From a virus (Duplodnaviria > Caudoviricetes), in the IMG/VR virus record IMGVR_UViG_3300037634_005573, positions 1-64,000 of that record: a stretch of 64,000 nucleotides of DNA; one strand, written 5' to 3'. The notes beneath the pieces were generated by a model. That model was not told the origin of the DNA and ran no database searches. It was given only the letters and a program-made list of their open reading frames with translations. Positions 48,350 to 58,620 of the stretch are shown here, piece after piece. Within the stretch, counting starts at the first letter, position 1; every line of letters starts with the position of its first letter. The translations under genes and the position numbers were made by a program.

Positions 48350-49522
48350 CTAGTCATGCGACTCGGCAACCTGCTGTGGTTCGTCATCGCCGGGAAGGCG
48401 AACTGCACGTTTCGGGAAGATCTCAACATGGCCGGGATCCCAGCCGATGCCCCACAGCGCGCCGGGTGTGGTACCATCAGGCATTTCGGAAGTTCGGCGC
48501 AGGGGAAAGGAGGCGCCGGTCCAGAGACTCTGTTTGTTGGACTCCTCCCGCAAAACCCACCACCAGGCAGCTTCTTCTTCGGTCATTGACTGTGGTTCTT
48601 CGGCTAATGGGTAGAGGCTCTGTGGCGGCCGGAGATCGGCCGCGAGGGCGGCGGGTTGATCGTTTTCGTCGACATTATTATGTAGGCCGCGGAGGGTTTC
48701 AGAGTTTCCTTTATCGAACTCATATTGTTGCCTCTCCTGATCGCGGTACGTAGCGACGACTCGGAATTCGTAACCTTGTTCTTTAGTGGCGGCCATTACC
48801 GCTTCGAGTCTAGCCCGGAAATTAGGTTCTAGATCCTCTAAAAGTTTAGACTGTTCGCCGGGTGGGTGATCCGGGTGTGGAGTATCCGGCTCCACAGGCG
48901 GGCCGGTGAATCCTGCGTCGGTGCTTTGAAACAAGCTTTGGGTAGTTTCGGAGGTGGTACCGACGGTATAAGTGGCATTGTTAGGCTCTTTTAATAATTC
49001 GACTATAAAACCGTCTTTTCGAAGAGCGCGGTCGTGATAATCAACCAAAACTATTGAGCCGACGGCGACTTGGCCAACGTCGGAAGTCGGAGAAATATAG
49101 AACTTCTCCAAGAGTTTCATTTTTAGAGTATTGGATATTTTGGTTTGGACAAGGCCGTCGTCTCCGCCTTCAGGGCTTTCTATAATAGTGTCCGGAACAG
49201 AAGCATCGTGATCTGCGACGTAGCATAACAGAGATTTCCAGCCGAACTGCGGCGACGCGGTGTCGATGACCCTTTTGTTTGAGAAATATCCGTAATCAGA
49301 AGGCCTTCCGGGCAGGTTGCGAATAGAAACCACTTTGGCCGGCCGCGGGCCAAAGTGCACCCTCTTTCGGTTAGCCCAAGAAGAGCGAATGGCCTGTTTG
49401 ACCATTGTCTCTGGCGAATGCATCTGTTCTTCCAATCCGACAATCGGGTTGGCCTCTTTGGTTGAATTCGAGTTAAATTGCTGAACTAGAAAACGCAATT
49501 CCTCTTCGGTTCTTTTCGCCAT
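48350..49522 (-). CDS. Baseplate-associated protein with a C-terminal M15-family Zn peptidoglycan peptidase
   Basis: VVATYRDQERQ...GLH...ALAADL...WDPGHVE matches the M15 (CwlK/Ply500-like) pattern; N-terminal part may be an OB fold. Confidence 0.7.
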   Translation of the reverse strand: MAKRTEEELRFLVQQFNSNSTKEANPIVGLEEQMHSPETMVKQAIRSSWANRKRVHFGPRPAKVVSIRNLPGRPSDYGYFSNKRVIDTASPQFGWKSLLCYVADHDASVPDTIIESPEGGDDGLVQTKISNTLKMKLLEKFYISPTSDVGQVAVGSIVLVDYHDRALRKDGFIVELLKEPNNATYTVGTTSETTQSLFQSTDAGFTGPPVEPDTPHPDHPPGEQSKLLEDLEPNFRARLEAVMAATKEQGYEFRVVATYRDQERQQYEFDKGNSETLRGLHNNVDENDQPAALAADLRPPQSLYPLAEEPQSMTEEEAAWWWVLREESNKQSLWTGASFPLRRTSEMPDGTTPGALWGIGWDPGHVEIFPKRAVRLPGDDEPQQVAESHD

Positions 49523-49824
49523 CAGTTGTTGGTGCCTTCGTTGTTGCTTTGCTGTAAGAGATCGAAGATTTCTGTCTTGTCGTGCTCGCTCAAATCTACG
49601 CTGGTGTTGCTTTGTTTCTGGATAAGGGCCGCAATCTTCACAAGTTGTTCATTTGAGCGTTGTAGAGTTTCGACATATTTGGCCGCGACAGAACCAGCAT
49701 ATTTATGATTCTCTTCGTTCTTGGCCAAAAGGCGCATAACATCATCAAGAAGTTCTCTTGTGACTTCTCGATCATCTTCTATATTCTGGATTGCCTCATC
49801 GATGCGTTTTTGTAAGTCACTCAC
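49522..49824 (-). CDS. Hypothetical coiled-coil protein
   Basis: 100-aa ORF with overlaps at both ends. Confidence 0.7.
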   Translation of the reverse strand: MSDLQKRIDEAIQNIEDDREVTRELLDDVMRLLAKNEENHKYAGSVAAKYVETLQRSNEQLVKIAALIQKQSNTSVDLSEHDKTEIFDLLQQSNNEGTNN

Positions 49825-50534
49825 ATTTCGTCCTCATTCCAATCTATTTTAAAGTCAGCATATAATGATCTTACTCTTTTCAAACTAGCAACAACTTGTT
49901 TAGTGTTGAGGCCGGTTAGTTCCCTCAAGTATAAGTAAATAGCTTTCTTATTAAAAATTTCGATGTCATCAACAGATTCAAATAGCACTTGAATTGCTTT
50001 CAACACTTTTTCATCATTTGGTTTTTTCGAATCTTCCAACCAATCAACCATATTGGCTTTAAGGTTGAGTAGAAACTCCTCTTCTTCGCGCTCTTTTAAG
50101 TATGTTATTCTGGTCGAGAGAAAATTTAGTTCTAGCTCCTTGGGCATTTCATATATGTCCAGTTCGGTTCTATTTCTCTTGCTTTTCTTTTTGACCTGGG
50201 CGATGAACCAATTCTTTGTGACCACCGTGAAGTAGGAGAAAGCCTTGGCCTTCTCTGGATTGAACTTATCTAGGATCGTTACGAGCCAGATCTTACATTC
50301 GGCTCGAAGTGAGTCGATGTTGGGCAAAGTTGTGAAACGATAAGTGTATACGATCTTATCCACCATCTCGCTAAAAACGGGGCCAATAAAATCTCTATAT
50401 AGTTCGGTTCTCTTGCGGATATCGTCTGTAGCTACATACTCAAGAATTGCCGCGTCGTGAACCGCCGTAAAATAGTTCCGGCTGGTGCGGGAGCGCTTGC
50501 GCCTGGTCTTTTTCTTCATTGTCATTTGTATCAT
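49821..50534 (-). CDS. Sigma-factor-like protein (sigma70 region 2; candidate late sigma, gp55-like role)
   Basis: LRAECKIWLVTILDKFNPEKAKAFSYFTVVTKNWFI resembles sigma region 2.3-2.4. Confidence 0.6.
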   Translation of the reverse strand: MIQMTMKKKTRRKRSRTSRNYFTAVHDAAILEYVATDDIRKRTELYRDFIGPVFSEMVDKIVYTYRFTTLPNIDSLRAECKIWLVTILDKFNPEKAKAFSYFTVVTKNWFIAQVKKKSKRNRTELDIYEMPKELELNFLSTRITYLKEREEEEFLLNLKANMVDWLEDSKKPNDEKVLKAIQVLFESVDDIEIFNKKAIYLYLRELTGLNTKQVVASLKRVRSLYADFKIDWNEDEM

Positions 50535-50871
50535 TTTCCTCTATTGCCTCTAGTTCTTCGTCTGACATCTCTGCTAAATCTATCATATCTCCGAATTCAT
50601 CAAGTCGATCCATAAGATGGACTGAATGTTTCATTAACCCGCCGAGGGTTTCGTCTCCGTAAAACATCTCTAGTTCTCCGATCCCTTTCAGGTGAGAAGA
50701 GAAACTAATCACCTCATTGTTAATTTTGATGAATATTTCGGATACTTCGGCAAGTTGTTTGAGAAGGTATCTAATATATAACAACAGAAATATGACAAAA
50801 ACGCCAGAAAAAAGAAATGCTAATGTCCAAAGATTGAAAACTATCTCCATTCCACCCATACTAAGCGTCAT
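50440..50871 (-). CDS. Membrane-anchored coiled-coil protein
   Basis: LWTLAFLFSGVFVIFLLLYI; its 3' end overlaps the next gene by 95 nt. Confidence 0.65.
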   Translation of the reverse strand: MTLSMGGMEIVFNLWTLAFLFSGVFVIFLLLYIRYLLKQLAEVSEIFIKINNEVISFSSHLKGIGELEMFYGDETLGGLMKHSVHLMDRLDEFGDMIDLAEMSDEELEAIEENDTNDNEEKDQAQALPHQPELFYGGSRRGNS

Positions 50872-51115
50872 TTTTATATTCCTTTTTTAAACTTTGTTTT
50901 TCTTCGGCGATTGCTCGTTTTGTGCTTTCTATATATTCTTTAACTAGTTCGCCGGTTTTCTGTAATTTGTTTGTTGTTTTTGAATAAGGAATAGAAGGAA
51001 CAATGTGAACCAGTTCTGACGAGCACAGTTCACATTGCTCCAACTTTTCCACCATACCGTGAAAGGCTTCGAAATACTGTTCGCAATCGGAACAGTGATA
51101 ATTATACCTCGGCAT
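50861..51115 (-). CDS. FmdB-family zinc-ribbon protein
   Basis: MPRYNYHCSDCEQYFE...CELC. Confidence 0.85.
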   Translation of the reverse strand: MPRYNYHCSDCEQYFEAFHGMVEKLEQCELCSSELVHIVPSIPYSKTTNKLQKTGELVKEYIESTKRAIAEEKQSLKKEYKNDA

Positions 51116-51308
51116 GGTCCTCTTCATCGGTCGGTTGGTTGCCCAATTTCACGATGGGAGGGTTTATAACCACTAGGCCGTCCTCTGATAGCTTAAAACG
51201 GAATCCTTTGACTACCGGAACAATATCGCTCTGCTCCAATAAGGATCGTTGTAAGGCCATCATAAGGGCTCCTACGGCTTGGTCTGTTAAATTTAATTCT
51301 TTACTCAT
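51102..51308 (-). CDS. Small hypothetical protein
   Basis: 68 aa, with an AGGAG SD upstream. Confidence 0.7.
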   Translation of the reverse strand: MSKELNLTDQAVGALMMALQRSLLEQSDIVPVVKGFRFKLSEDGLVVINPPIVKLGNQPTDEEDHAEV

Positions 51309-51363
51309 TTTTAATCTCCTTTTGTAATTCTATAACTATCTGAATCAAAATATACTCTTTTCT

Positions 51364-52209
51364 TCACTCATTGTTTTTCTCCTTTTTTGATATCGCTCTT
51401 CCAACAAGCTCCTCCCAATCTCTTTCAGGTCGAACTTGTAAATTTTTCTCCCACACCGCGTCTAAAACAGTAGAATTAACCCCAGCGTCCTTGATAAAAC
51501 GAGAAAAAGCGCTAATGTCCTTTGGAAAACAAGAGCCTCCAAAACCACGCTTACCGTCTGGTCCGGGAACCCTCCAATGGCTTTTGCCAAACCTATGATC
51601 TAAAGTTACATACCTAATGACTTCATTATACTCCACCCCTGAGGCTCTACAAATGTCATATATTTCATTAGCATATGAAACTTTTGTAGCCATGAAAGTA
51701 TTTGCAACATATTTAATCATCTCGGCTGTTTTAGAATCAGTCTGAATGTATCTCTTGTCCGGGTATGCCTCTTTAAAAACTCTCTTTACTTCTCTGGTTG
51801 CCTCTGGGCTGCCTCCCAATATAATCCTATCCACATTGTGAAAATCATCTAAGTAGTTTGCTTCTGTCAGGAATTCGGGACTAAAAACTACTTCTATGTT
51901 TGTATATTTTTTATTTAAATAGTCGGCGGTGCCAGGGGGGACTGTGGATTTTATAACTGCGATGTTGCCATTATCCGCCTCATTAATTTCAGATACTACA
52001 GATTCCACTATACTTATATTGCAACTACCGTCTGGATCCATGGGTGTAGGGACACAAACGAACACTATTTTCGCAAAATTACAAAGCTCTTCTATACTTT
52101 CGTAAGTGCTGTCTTGATATTTATCATATGTTGCGACAGGAATATTATCCTTAAAACCATAATATATTGCTTTGCCAACATAACCATTTCCCACAATTCC
52201 TAGTTTCAT
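51364..52209 (-). CDS. UDP-glucose/GDP-mannose dehydrogenase family protein (short form)
   Basis: GIVGNGYVG; FVCVPTP; KSTVPPGT; SPEFL; KYVANTFMATKVSYANE; catalytic GFGGSCFPKD. Confidence 0.9.
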   Translation of the reverse strand: MKLGIVGNGYVGKAIYYGFKDNIPVATYDKYQDSTYESIEELCNFAKIVFVCVPTPMDPDGSCNISIVESVVSEINEADNGNIAVIKSTVPPGTADYLNKKYTNIEVVFSPEFLTEANYLDDFHNVDRIILGGSPEATREVKRVFKEAYPDKRYIQTDSKTAEMIKYVANTFMATKVSYANEIYDICRASGVEYNEVIRYVTLDHRFGKSHWRVPGPDGKRGFGGSCFPKDISAFSRFIKDAGVNSTVLDAVWEKNLQVRPERDWEELVGRAISKKEKNNE

Positions 52210-53054
52210 GAAATGCCCCTAATATATGAGCGTAAATCTTGCTCTGGCTTCCACTTTAACAAATTAATAGTTTTGGAATTGTCGGCCAAAGAGATTCTAG
52301 ATTCACCGGGTCGAGGGGGGATGTAAGTTTTTTCATGGTCATACATATCAGCCAGTTGATTTATAGAATAATTTATTCCTGTTCCCAAGTTAAATATCTC
52401 AGCATCCCACTCATCGAAGCTAGCTAATTCGAGGCCGGCGCAAATGTCCTTAACATGCGTAAAATCTCTTCTTTGCTCGCCATCACCCACAATCGTTAAA
52501 GGAATGCCGGCCTTGCGTTGTTTTTCGAATATAGCAATGACTGGTGCGTATTGGCCAGTAGTTGGGTTTCTTGGTCCATATACATTGAAAAATCTCATGA
52601 TAACTGTGCTGACATCGTACACCTTGGAATACATCTTACATATTTCTTCTCCTTGCCATTTAGCAAAGGCATAGGGGTTTAGATACACGCCGCCATAATA
52701 GGAGCTAGATCCGGCATACACAACTTTACAATTTTTTCTTCTGGCATACTCGCAAACCACCGCTGTATTAAGTGCATTATTTTTACAAGTATAGACGGGC
52801 TCTTCAAAACTATACTGAATTCTAGCCTCGGCTGCAAGATGAAATATAATATCGATTGATTCTTTAATTGTGAACATGTCTGACATTATTTCTTCAACAT
52901 CTCCAAAATAATACTTTACATCCTCACGACAATATTCTTTGCTGCCAGTAGATAAATTATCTACTACTATAACTGAGTATCCCTTGCCAACAAGATAATC
53001 AACAAGGTTACTGCCTATAAAACCACAACCCCCTGTCACTAAGACATTTTTCAT
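52206..53054 (-). CDS. NAD-dependent epimerase/dehydratase (extended SDR)
   Basis: VTGGCGFIG; HLAA; YAFAK; RFFNVYGP; GDGEQRRDFTHV. Confidence 0.92.
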   Translation of the reverse strand: MKNVLVTGGCGFIGSNLVDYLVGKGYSVIVVDNLSTGSKEYCREDVKYYFGDVEEIMSDMFTIKESIDIIFHLAAEARIQYSFEEPVYTCKNNALNTAVVCEYARRKNCKVVYAGSSSYYGGVYLNPYAFAKWQGEEICKMYSKVYDVSTVIMRFFNVYGPRNPTTGQYAPVIAIFEKQRKAGIPLTIVGDGEQRRDFTHVKDICAGLELASFDEWDAEIFNLGTGINYSINQLADMYDHEKTYIPPRPGESRISLADNSKTINLLKWKPEQDLRSYIRGIS

Positions 53055-54049
53055 TTTTTATTGCTCCAAAAACTGTAAATACCTTTGTCTAATTCATACT
53101 CGTTCCAAACAAATCTTTCTCTCATGGGCTGTTTTTTAGCCCAGTCCCACATTTCAGTCAAGCCCTCTGTTAGGTTAGTTTTGTGTTGAAAGTCTAGCAG
53201 ATCTACTGATTTTTGATACTTGGGAATCGAATGTTTAACTTCGTGCCTCTGTTCAAGATGTGTTACTTCTCCATAGCCAATTATTGTTCTAAGTACTTCA
53301 TTAGCCTCTTTGATAGAGTGTTGCTCTATTCCACCTAGATTGATAATTTGTTTTGAGGCGCGTTGGTCAACAGCCGCTTTCCAAAGAGGTAATAAGGAGT
53401 CATCAATGTAGCTAAATGACCTTGTTTGCAAACCATCTCCAAAGATAGTGTAATCCATATTGTTCAGGGCTTGGTACATCCAAATACCCAAAACGTTTCT
53501 ATATTTATCCCATATGTTTTGGTTTTTGCCGTAGACATTGTGAGGCCTTATGATACACCAATCAAGATCATGCTGTTCGCCAGCTATTTGTATGTCCATC
53601 TCGCAAGCATATTTAGCAACTCCGTATGGGTCTATGGGTGTAGGCTTTTGGTCTTCATCAAAATAACCACCATAACCATGACCATAGACAGCCATTGATG
53701 AAGTAAAAACAATTCTTTTGACGTTATTTTTTATACACTCATTAACAATTAATGCTGTGGACTTTAAATTATTATCATAGTTGAAAGATCTAATAAAAGG
53801 AGATAAGCCTTCGGCTGCATAGGCTGCAAAATGAAAAACATAATCTGGCTTTTCTCCTTTGAAAATTAATGATAAATCAGGATCTAAAATATTTTTATTA
53901 TAGAATTTTACTCTATTATCCACGTTTTGCAAATAACCGCCGCTCAAATCATCGATCCCAATGACTTCATCAGCAAGTTTATTAGCTAGTACAAAATCTG
54001 CCAATCTTGAACCAAGCAACCCAGCAACACCAGTTATTAAAATTTTCAT
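53051..54049 (-). CDS. NAD-dependent epimerase/dehydratase (extended SDR)
   Basis: ITGVAGLLG; HFAAYAA; TSSMAVYG; PYGVAK; RPHNVYG. Confidence 0.92.
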   Translation of the reverse strand: MKILITGVAGLLGSRLADFVLANKLADEVIGIDDLSGGYLQNVDNRVKFYNKNILDPDLSLIFKGEKPDYVFHFAAYAAEGLSPFIRSFNYDNNLKSTALIVNECIKNNVKRIVFTSSMAVYGHGYGGYFDEDQKPTPIDPYGVAKYACEMDIQIAGEQHDLDWCIIRPHNVYGKNQNIWDKYRNVLGIWMYQALNNMDYTIFGDGLQTRSFSYIDDSLLPLWKAAVDQRASKQIINLGGIEQHSIKEANEVLRTIIGYGEVTHLEQRHEVKHSIPKYQKSVDLLDFQHKTNLTEGLTEMWDWAKKQPMRERFVWNEYELDKGIYSFWSNKK

Positions 54050-54787
54050 CTATTGTTCTCCTGTTGGCAGAGTAGAGTTGTGGTTTAAGAAATATTTATG
54101 TATTTCATATAAACATCTGGGATCTATCGTATGCTGAAAATAGTAATGGTGACAAGTTGGATCAAATACGAAATTTTCAGACTTTATTGCTTCGTAATTT
54201 GTATCTACTATTGGAGCATCAACAATATCAACGTTAAAAATTTCCGTTAACATAGCGCCAATAGAAACATCATCCATTACAAATCTATGGCCGTGATGAG
54301 GGTAAATAATTCTATTTTTATTTAATACAATTTTTTCTACTAAATCTCTTGAAATCATAAACCCTGAGCCAGATGCGTAAGCGGGGAGTTTCTTGTTGAG
54401 ACTTTGGTGACCAAAATATAATTCTTTATTTGGTAATGTGTTTGCTATTTTACACAGTATATCTAAATTTATATAGCTTCCACAATTTGGTCGATAAATA
54501 TAATCAAACTCTAAGTTATTAACACAATATTCAAAAAAGGCTATTGTCTTATATATGATATTTTCTCTTGTTTCCGGGTAGTTGTGATAAAAACAATCTC
54601 CTTTCAACGAAGTACAAGTGCCGGGAGAGATAGCTTCATAATCTGGTGTATTGCCATAAATATAAAAAACGGATACGTCTTTCGGCATAGCGGACTCTGA
54701 ATAACAAGTTTCTCGGCATGCTCGTACCATATTGTCATAGCCGCCGGCCATCGAAGCTAAAACGCCTACAATAATTTTATTTGACAT
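54050..54787 (-). CDS. Putative glycosyltransferase (GT31/galactosyltransferase-like)
   Basis: YKTIAFFEY...FDYIYRPN; [14 protein letters not shown]; MDDVSIG; likely start MSNKII. Confidence 0.6.
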   Translation of the reverse strand: MSNKIIVGVLASMAGGYDNMVRACRETCYSESAMPKDVSVFYIYGNTPDYEAISPGTCTSLKGDCFYHNYPETRENIIYKTIAFFEYCVNNLEFDYIYRPNCGSYINLDILCKIANTLPNKELYFGHQSLNKKLPAYASGSGFMISRDLVEKIVLNKNRIIYPHHGHRFVMDDVSIGAMLTEIFNVDIVDAPIVDTNYEAIKSENFVFDPTCHHYYFQHTIDPRCLYEIHKYFLNHNSTLPTGEQ

Positions 54788-55754
54788 AACTGCTCCTCTG
54801 TTGCTCCAAGTCGTATTCATACATCATGTGAGCTAAGTCTTTAAATTTCATTTTTGGAGACCAATTAAGCTTTTCTTTTGCTTTTGATGCATCACCAAGT
54901 AGAATTGGAACTTCGTGTGGTCTGAAAAGTCTTTGATCAATTCTAACATGCTTGTCTATGTCTAAACCAGCATAATTAAAGACACACGCCAAAAATTCTC
55001 GGACTGTATATGATTCTCCGGTTGCCACAACATAGTCATCTGGGCTATCCTGTTGTAACATCAACCACATCATCTCAACATAATCGCCAGCAAATCCCCA
55101 ATCACGCATGGCGTCTAAGTTACCAAGATAAAGTTTATCCTGCAATCCAAGTTTGATTCTTGCAGCGGCCATAGTAATCTTACGCGTGACAAATGTTTCG
55201 CCTCTTCGTGGAGATTCGTGATTAAAAAGTATACCAGATGATGCATGTAGCCCATAAGACTCTCTATAATTCCTTATGAGGTGATGTGCATAAACTTTGG
55301 CGCATGCATATGGGGAAGCAGGTTGAAGCGCCGTAGACTCATTTTGAGGGCTTGTCGGGTTATCACCAAACATCTCCGATGAGGAGGCTTGATAAAAGCG
55401 AGAGTTTGGAACGATATGTCGCATAGCTTCCAGTAAACGTAATGTTCCCATCACGATTGTGTCTGTTGTGCTTTCAGGAACCTCAAAAGATACCCGGACG
55501 TGAGACTGAGCAGCGAGATTATATATTTCATCGGGCTTATATTCGTTTAACAATCTCCACATACAGCCCGAGTCATTTAATTCAAAATACCTCATGCTAA
55601 AATTTGGATGTTCAAAAATGTGATCCAAGCGTTCAGTACAGATAGTGGACGTTCTTCTTTTCAAGCCCACAACCCTATATCCTTTATTTAACAGCAGTGC
55701 AGCAAGATATGAACCATCTTGTCCAGTTACTCCTGTTATTAATGCCGTTTTCAA
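54777..55754 (-). CDS. gmd: GDP-mannose 4,6-dehydratase
   Basis: [15 protein letters not shown]; [13 protein letters not shown]; [10 protein letters not shown]; SPYACAK; [18 protein letters not shown]; TTG start at 55754 overlaps the upstream TGA. Confidence 0.96.
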   Translation of the reverse strand: MKTALITGVTGQDGSYLAALLLNKGYRVVGLKRRTSTICTERLDHIFEHPNFSMRYFELNDSGCMWRLLNEYKPDEIYNLAAQSHVRVSFEVPESTTDTIVMGTLRLLEAMRHIVPNSRFYQASSSEMFGDNPTSPQNESTALQPASPYACAKVYAHHLIRNYRESYGLHASSGILFNHESPRRGETFVTRKITMAAARIKLGLQDKLYLGNLDAMRDWGFAGDYVEMMWLMLQQDSPDDYVVATGESYTVREFLACVFNYAGLDIDKHVRIDQRLFRPHEVPILLGDASKAKEKLNWSPKMKFKDLAHMMYEYDLEQQRSSYVK

Positions 55755-56686
55755 GAGACCCCTCTTATGTCCGGATACTTTAATATAACCCATTCACAAG
55801 TTTTAGTCAAGCCTTTTTCTAAAGAAATATACCACTTTTTATCCCAACCTAAATCTAATAGCTTTCGATTAGAACTAGGTTTCCTGTGCTGGCCAGATGG
55901 CATTCGCGTATCCCACTTTACCTTACCGTTATATTCCAAAATGGAACAAATCATTTCTACAACTTGTTTAATAGAATATTCTTCGGTGTTTCCAATATTA
56001 ATTGGTTCCGGTTCATTGTAGTTTTCTAATAAAAAAATTAGTATTTTAACTATATCTTCAGAATATGTGAATTCTCTTAATGGCGAACCGTCCCCCCAGC
56101 ATTCTATAAATGGCTTATTATTTATTTTTGCTTCCCATACCTTTCTTATAATCGCTGGTACGACGTGGCTATTCTCTAAATCAAAATTATCATTTTCACC
56201 GTAAAGGTTATTTGGAATAGCTGTAATGAAGTTGCATCCATATTGTTGGCGATACGCACGAGACATAACGTCTACCATTCTTTTTGCGTATGCGTAACCA
56301 AAGTTAGACGGGTGCGGTGGGCCGAGATGCAGTTGGTTCTCGGTAAGGGGGTAGGTTATATAGGGCGCATCAGGGTAAACACATGTAGAAAGAAGAGATA
56401 CTACCTTACTTGCTCCCCCAAGGTGACATGCGGATAATATCTTTTCATTTAACGCAGAGTTTTGATTATAAAAATCTGCTACTTGCTCTGTGTTTGCTTT
56501 GACCCCACCAACCTTTGCCGCAAGATGGATTACGTTTTTCCCTCCAAATTCTTGTTTATGGAAAATTCTTTTTAACATAAAGCGTAGTTCTTGGCGCGCT
56601 GGGTAAACGGCATCTGGTAAGACTTGTTTGAACGCAGAACCAACCAGGCCTGAGCCACCGGTTATAAGTAAGTCACTACTCTTCAT
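55751..56686 (-). CDS. fcl: GDP-L-fucose synthase family (epimerase/reductase)
   Basis: HLAAKVGG; LSTCVYP; [10 protein letters not shown]; NLYGENDNF...SHVVPAII; [10 protein letters not shown]. Confidence 0.93.
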   Translation of the reverse strand: MKSSDLLITGGSGLVGSAFKQVLPDAVYPARQELRFMLKRIFHKQEFGGKNVIHLAAKVGGVKANTEQVADFYNQNSALNEKILSACHLGGASKVVSLLSTCVYPDAPYITYPLTENQLHLGPPHPSNFGYAYAKRMVDVMSRAYRQQYGCNFITAIPNNLYGENDNFDLENSHVVPAIIRKVWEAKINNKPFIECWGDGSPLREFTYSEDIVKILIFLLENYNEPEPINIGNTEEYSIKQVVEMICSILEYNGKVKWDTRMPSGQHRKPSSNRKLLDLGWDKKWYISLEKGLTKTCEWVILKYPDIRGVS

Positions 56687-57785
56687 AACTATTCAAGACC
56701 TCGCACAAATATTCTATCTCCTCTAGCGTTATGAAGGGATGAATTGGCAAACTAACAGAATGTTTTCCGTAATATAACGATTGTTTATTTGGGGTAGATA
56801 AGTGTGTATACATTGGCATTTCTTCTATACATGTGGGATAATGCATGCCCCATTGCACTCCATTGTTTGTTAAATGGTCAGATAACTTTATTCTATCTTC
56901 GACTCTTACAGGATATACATGGTGTACTGGTGTGCAGTTAGGCGGAGTTTTGGGCAAAATTATAGAGTTGTTTACTATCTTATTTTCATACTTCGAAACA
57001 ACATCCCTCCTCATTTGGTTCCAGCGGTCAATATAGTTCAGCTTTTCTTTTAATATTATTGCTTGGATAGTGTCTAAGCGGTGGTTGCCGCCTCGTATCT
57101 CATGCTCGTTCTTATTTAGCGAGCCTATGTTCCTTAATCTAAGAAGTTTTTGATATATTTGTTCACTATTAGTAGTAACGATCCCAGCGTCACCAGCAGC
57201 CCCCAAGTTTTTACCGGGATAAAGAGAGAAAGCTGCCACATCCCCAAAACTACCAACCATCTGGTCTCTCCACTTAGCGCCGTGTGCCTGTGAGGCGTCT
57301 TCTATAACTTGGCAGTCATACTCTTTTGCTAAGTTCATTAAATCATCCATGTTACACGAATAACCATATAGGTGAACTGGTACTAGTACCATATTGTCGT
57401 ATAAATGGCGATTGGCTACTACTATCTCCCTAACCTTGTGTGGGTCAACCTGATAGTATTCATCGCAGTCCACAAGAATGTATTTACAGTTTGGGTAGGC
57501 CTGCTCTATGCCCATCAACGTAGCCACATACGTATATGCTGGTACTATAAAGCAAGTCTTGCCTGGAAGTGACAGCGACTGTGCCGATAATTTTAATGCA
57601 TCAGTGCCGCTAGAGACTCCAACGGCATACCTACAGCCTACATATTTTGCGAACTGCTCTTCAAACTCCCGCACCTCTTCACCAAGTATAAAGTTTGATT
57701 TTTCAAATAACGACTCAAAACCTAATAAACAATTTTTTTTAATTATTTGCCACTGAGCATTTAAATTATTAAACGCAACCTTCAT
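56676..57785 (-). CDS. DegT/DnrJ/EryC1/StrS sugar aminotransferase
   Basis: SGTDAL; VPVHLYG; IEDASQAHGA; FSLYPGKNLGAAGDAG. Confidence 0.94.
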   Translation of the reverse strand: MKVAFNNLNAQWQIIKKNCLLGFESLFEKSNFILGEEVREFEEQFAKYVGCRYAVGVSSGTDALKLSAQSLSLPGKTCFIVPAYTYVATLMGIEQAYPNCKYILVDCDEYYQVDPHKVREIVVANRHLYDNMVLVPVHLYGYSCNMDDLMNLAKEYDCQVIEDASQAHGAKWRDQMVGSFGDVAAFSLYPGKNLGAAGDAGIVTTNSEQIYQKLLRLRNIGSLNKNEHEIRGGNHRLDTIQAIILKEKLNYIDRWNQMRRDVVSKYENKIVNNSIILPKTPPNCTPVHHVYPVRVEDRIKLSDHLTNNGVQWGMHYPTCIEEMPMYTHLSTPNKQSLYYGKHSVSLPIHPFITLEEIEYLCEVLNSYEE

Positions 57786-58620
57786 TTTCTAAAATCCTTA
57801 TTGTTTGTAGAGTTAGCTCTTTTTGTTTGTCATGATTATAGCTATCATTTAAAAATACATCAATGCTCTTCTCCAGAGGAGAATAACTTGATACTTCACA
57901 ATTGTCAATTCCAAAAATAACACTTTTTTCTATGTCATCCCAATATAAAAATTTATCACCTATCTCCATGCTACAGAGGCGGTCTTTTTTGCCATATTCC
58001 CAGCTAGAATTTATTTGTACCGTTGTGTCCGAAAATGTTAACACTCCCGTAGAGCTATCGAATTGTTTAGACTTTTTGTTTCTACTAAAATCTAACCAAC
58101 GAACATCTGTCGGTCTTTCGCCAAGCAGATACAATGCTATGGAAACATCATGACTGCACAGGTCCCATCGTGCCGTTGTGTCCTCTCTGGCAGGGCCATA
58201 GTTTAATCTATTAAAAATAATATTTTTTGGCTTTCCATAATTTTTAATAACTTCTTTTATAGTCTGGACGCATGGGTTATAAACAAATACCCAATCTACA
58301 AACAGTCTAGCACCATTCTCTGTTGCTATCTCATACAAATTACTGGAACTTTTCGTATCTAAGGTCAGGGGCTTTTCGCAAAATACATCAACCCCTTTTT
58401 GCAAAAAATACTTACAAATCTCATAATGCTCTCGTGATGGGACTGCTACAAACACCATGTCGCACTCTAATTGTTTATAATCTTTAACAACTTTGTAACG
58501 CTTTTGGTTTGTGGGCAGCTTTTCACATATTGTAATATCACACCTATCCCCCACAAGGGATTCTATATTTTTTAGTAATATTCTACCCCAATAACCGTAT
58601 CCAACTAAACCTATCTTCAT
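57769..58620 (-). CDS. Gfo/Idh/MocA family oxidoreductase
   Basis: GLVGYGYWG; VFCEKPL; WDLCSHD. Confidence 0.9.
   Translation of the reverse strand: MKIGLVGYGYWGRILLKNIESLVGDRCDITICEKLPTNQKRYKVVKDYKQLECDMVFVAVPSREHYEICKYFLQKGVDVFCEKPLTLDTKSSSNLYEIATENGARLFVDWVFVYNPCVQTIKEVIKNYGKPKNIIFNRLNYGPAREDTTARWDLCSHDVSIALYLLGERPTDVRWLDFSRNKKSKQFDSSTGVLTFSDTTVQINSSWEYGKKDRLCSMEIGDKFLYWDDIEKSVIFGIDNCEVSSYSPLEKSIDVFLNDSYNHDKQKELTLQTIRILENEGCV

Noticed and set aside
50440-50534. 95-nt overlap between the membrane protein and the sigma-like gene
   Set aside because: Probably a non-conserved C-terminal read-through tail or an over-extended start call; no evidence for dual-coding function.
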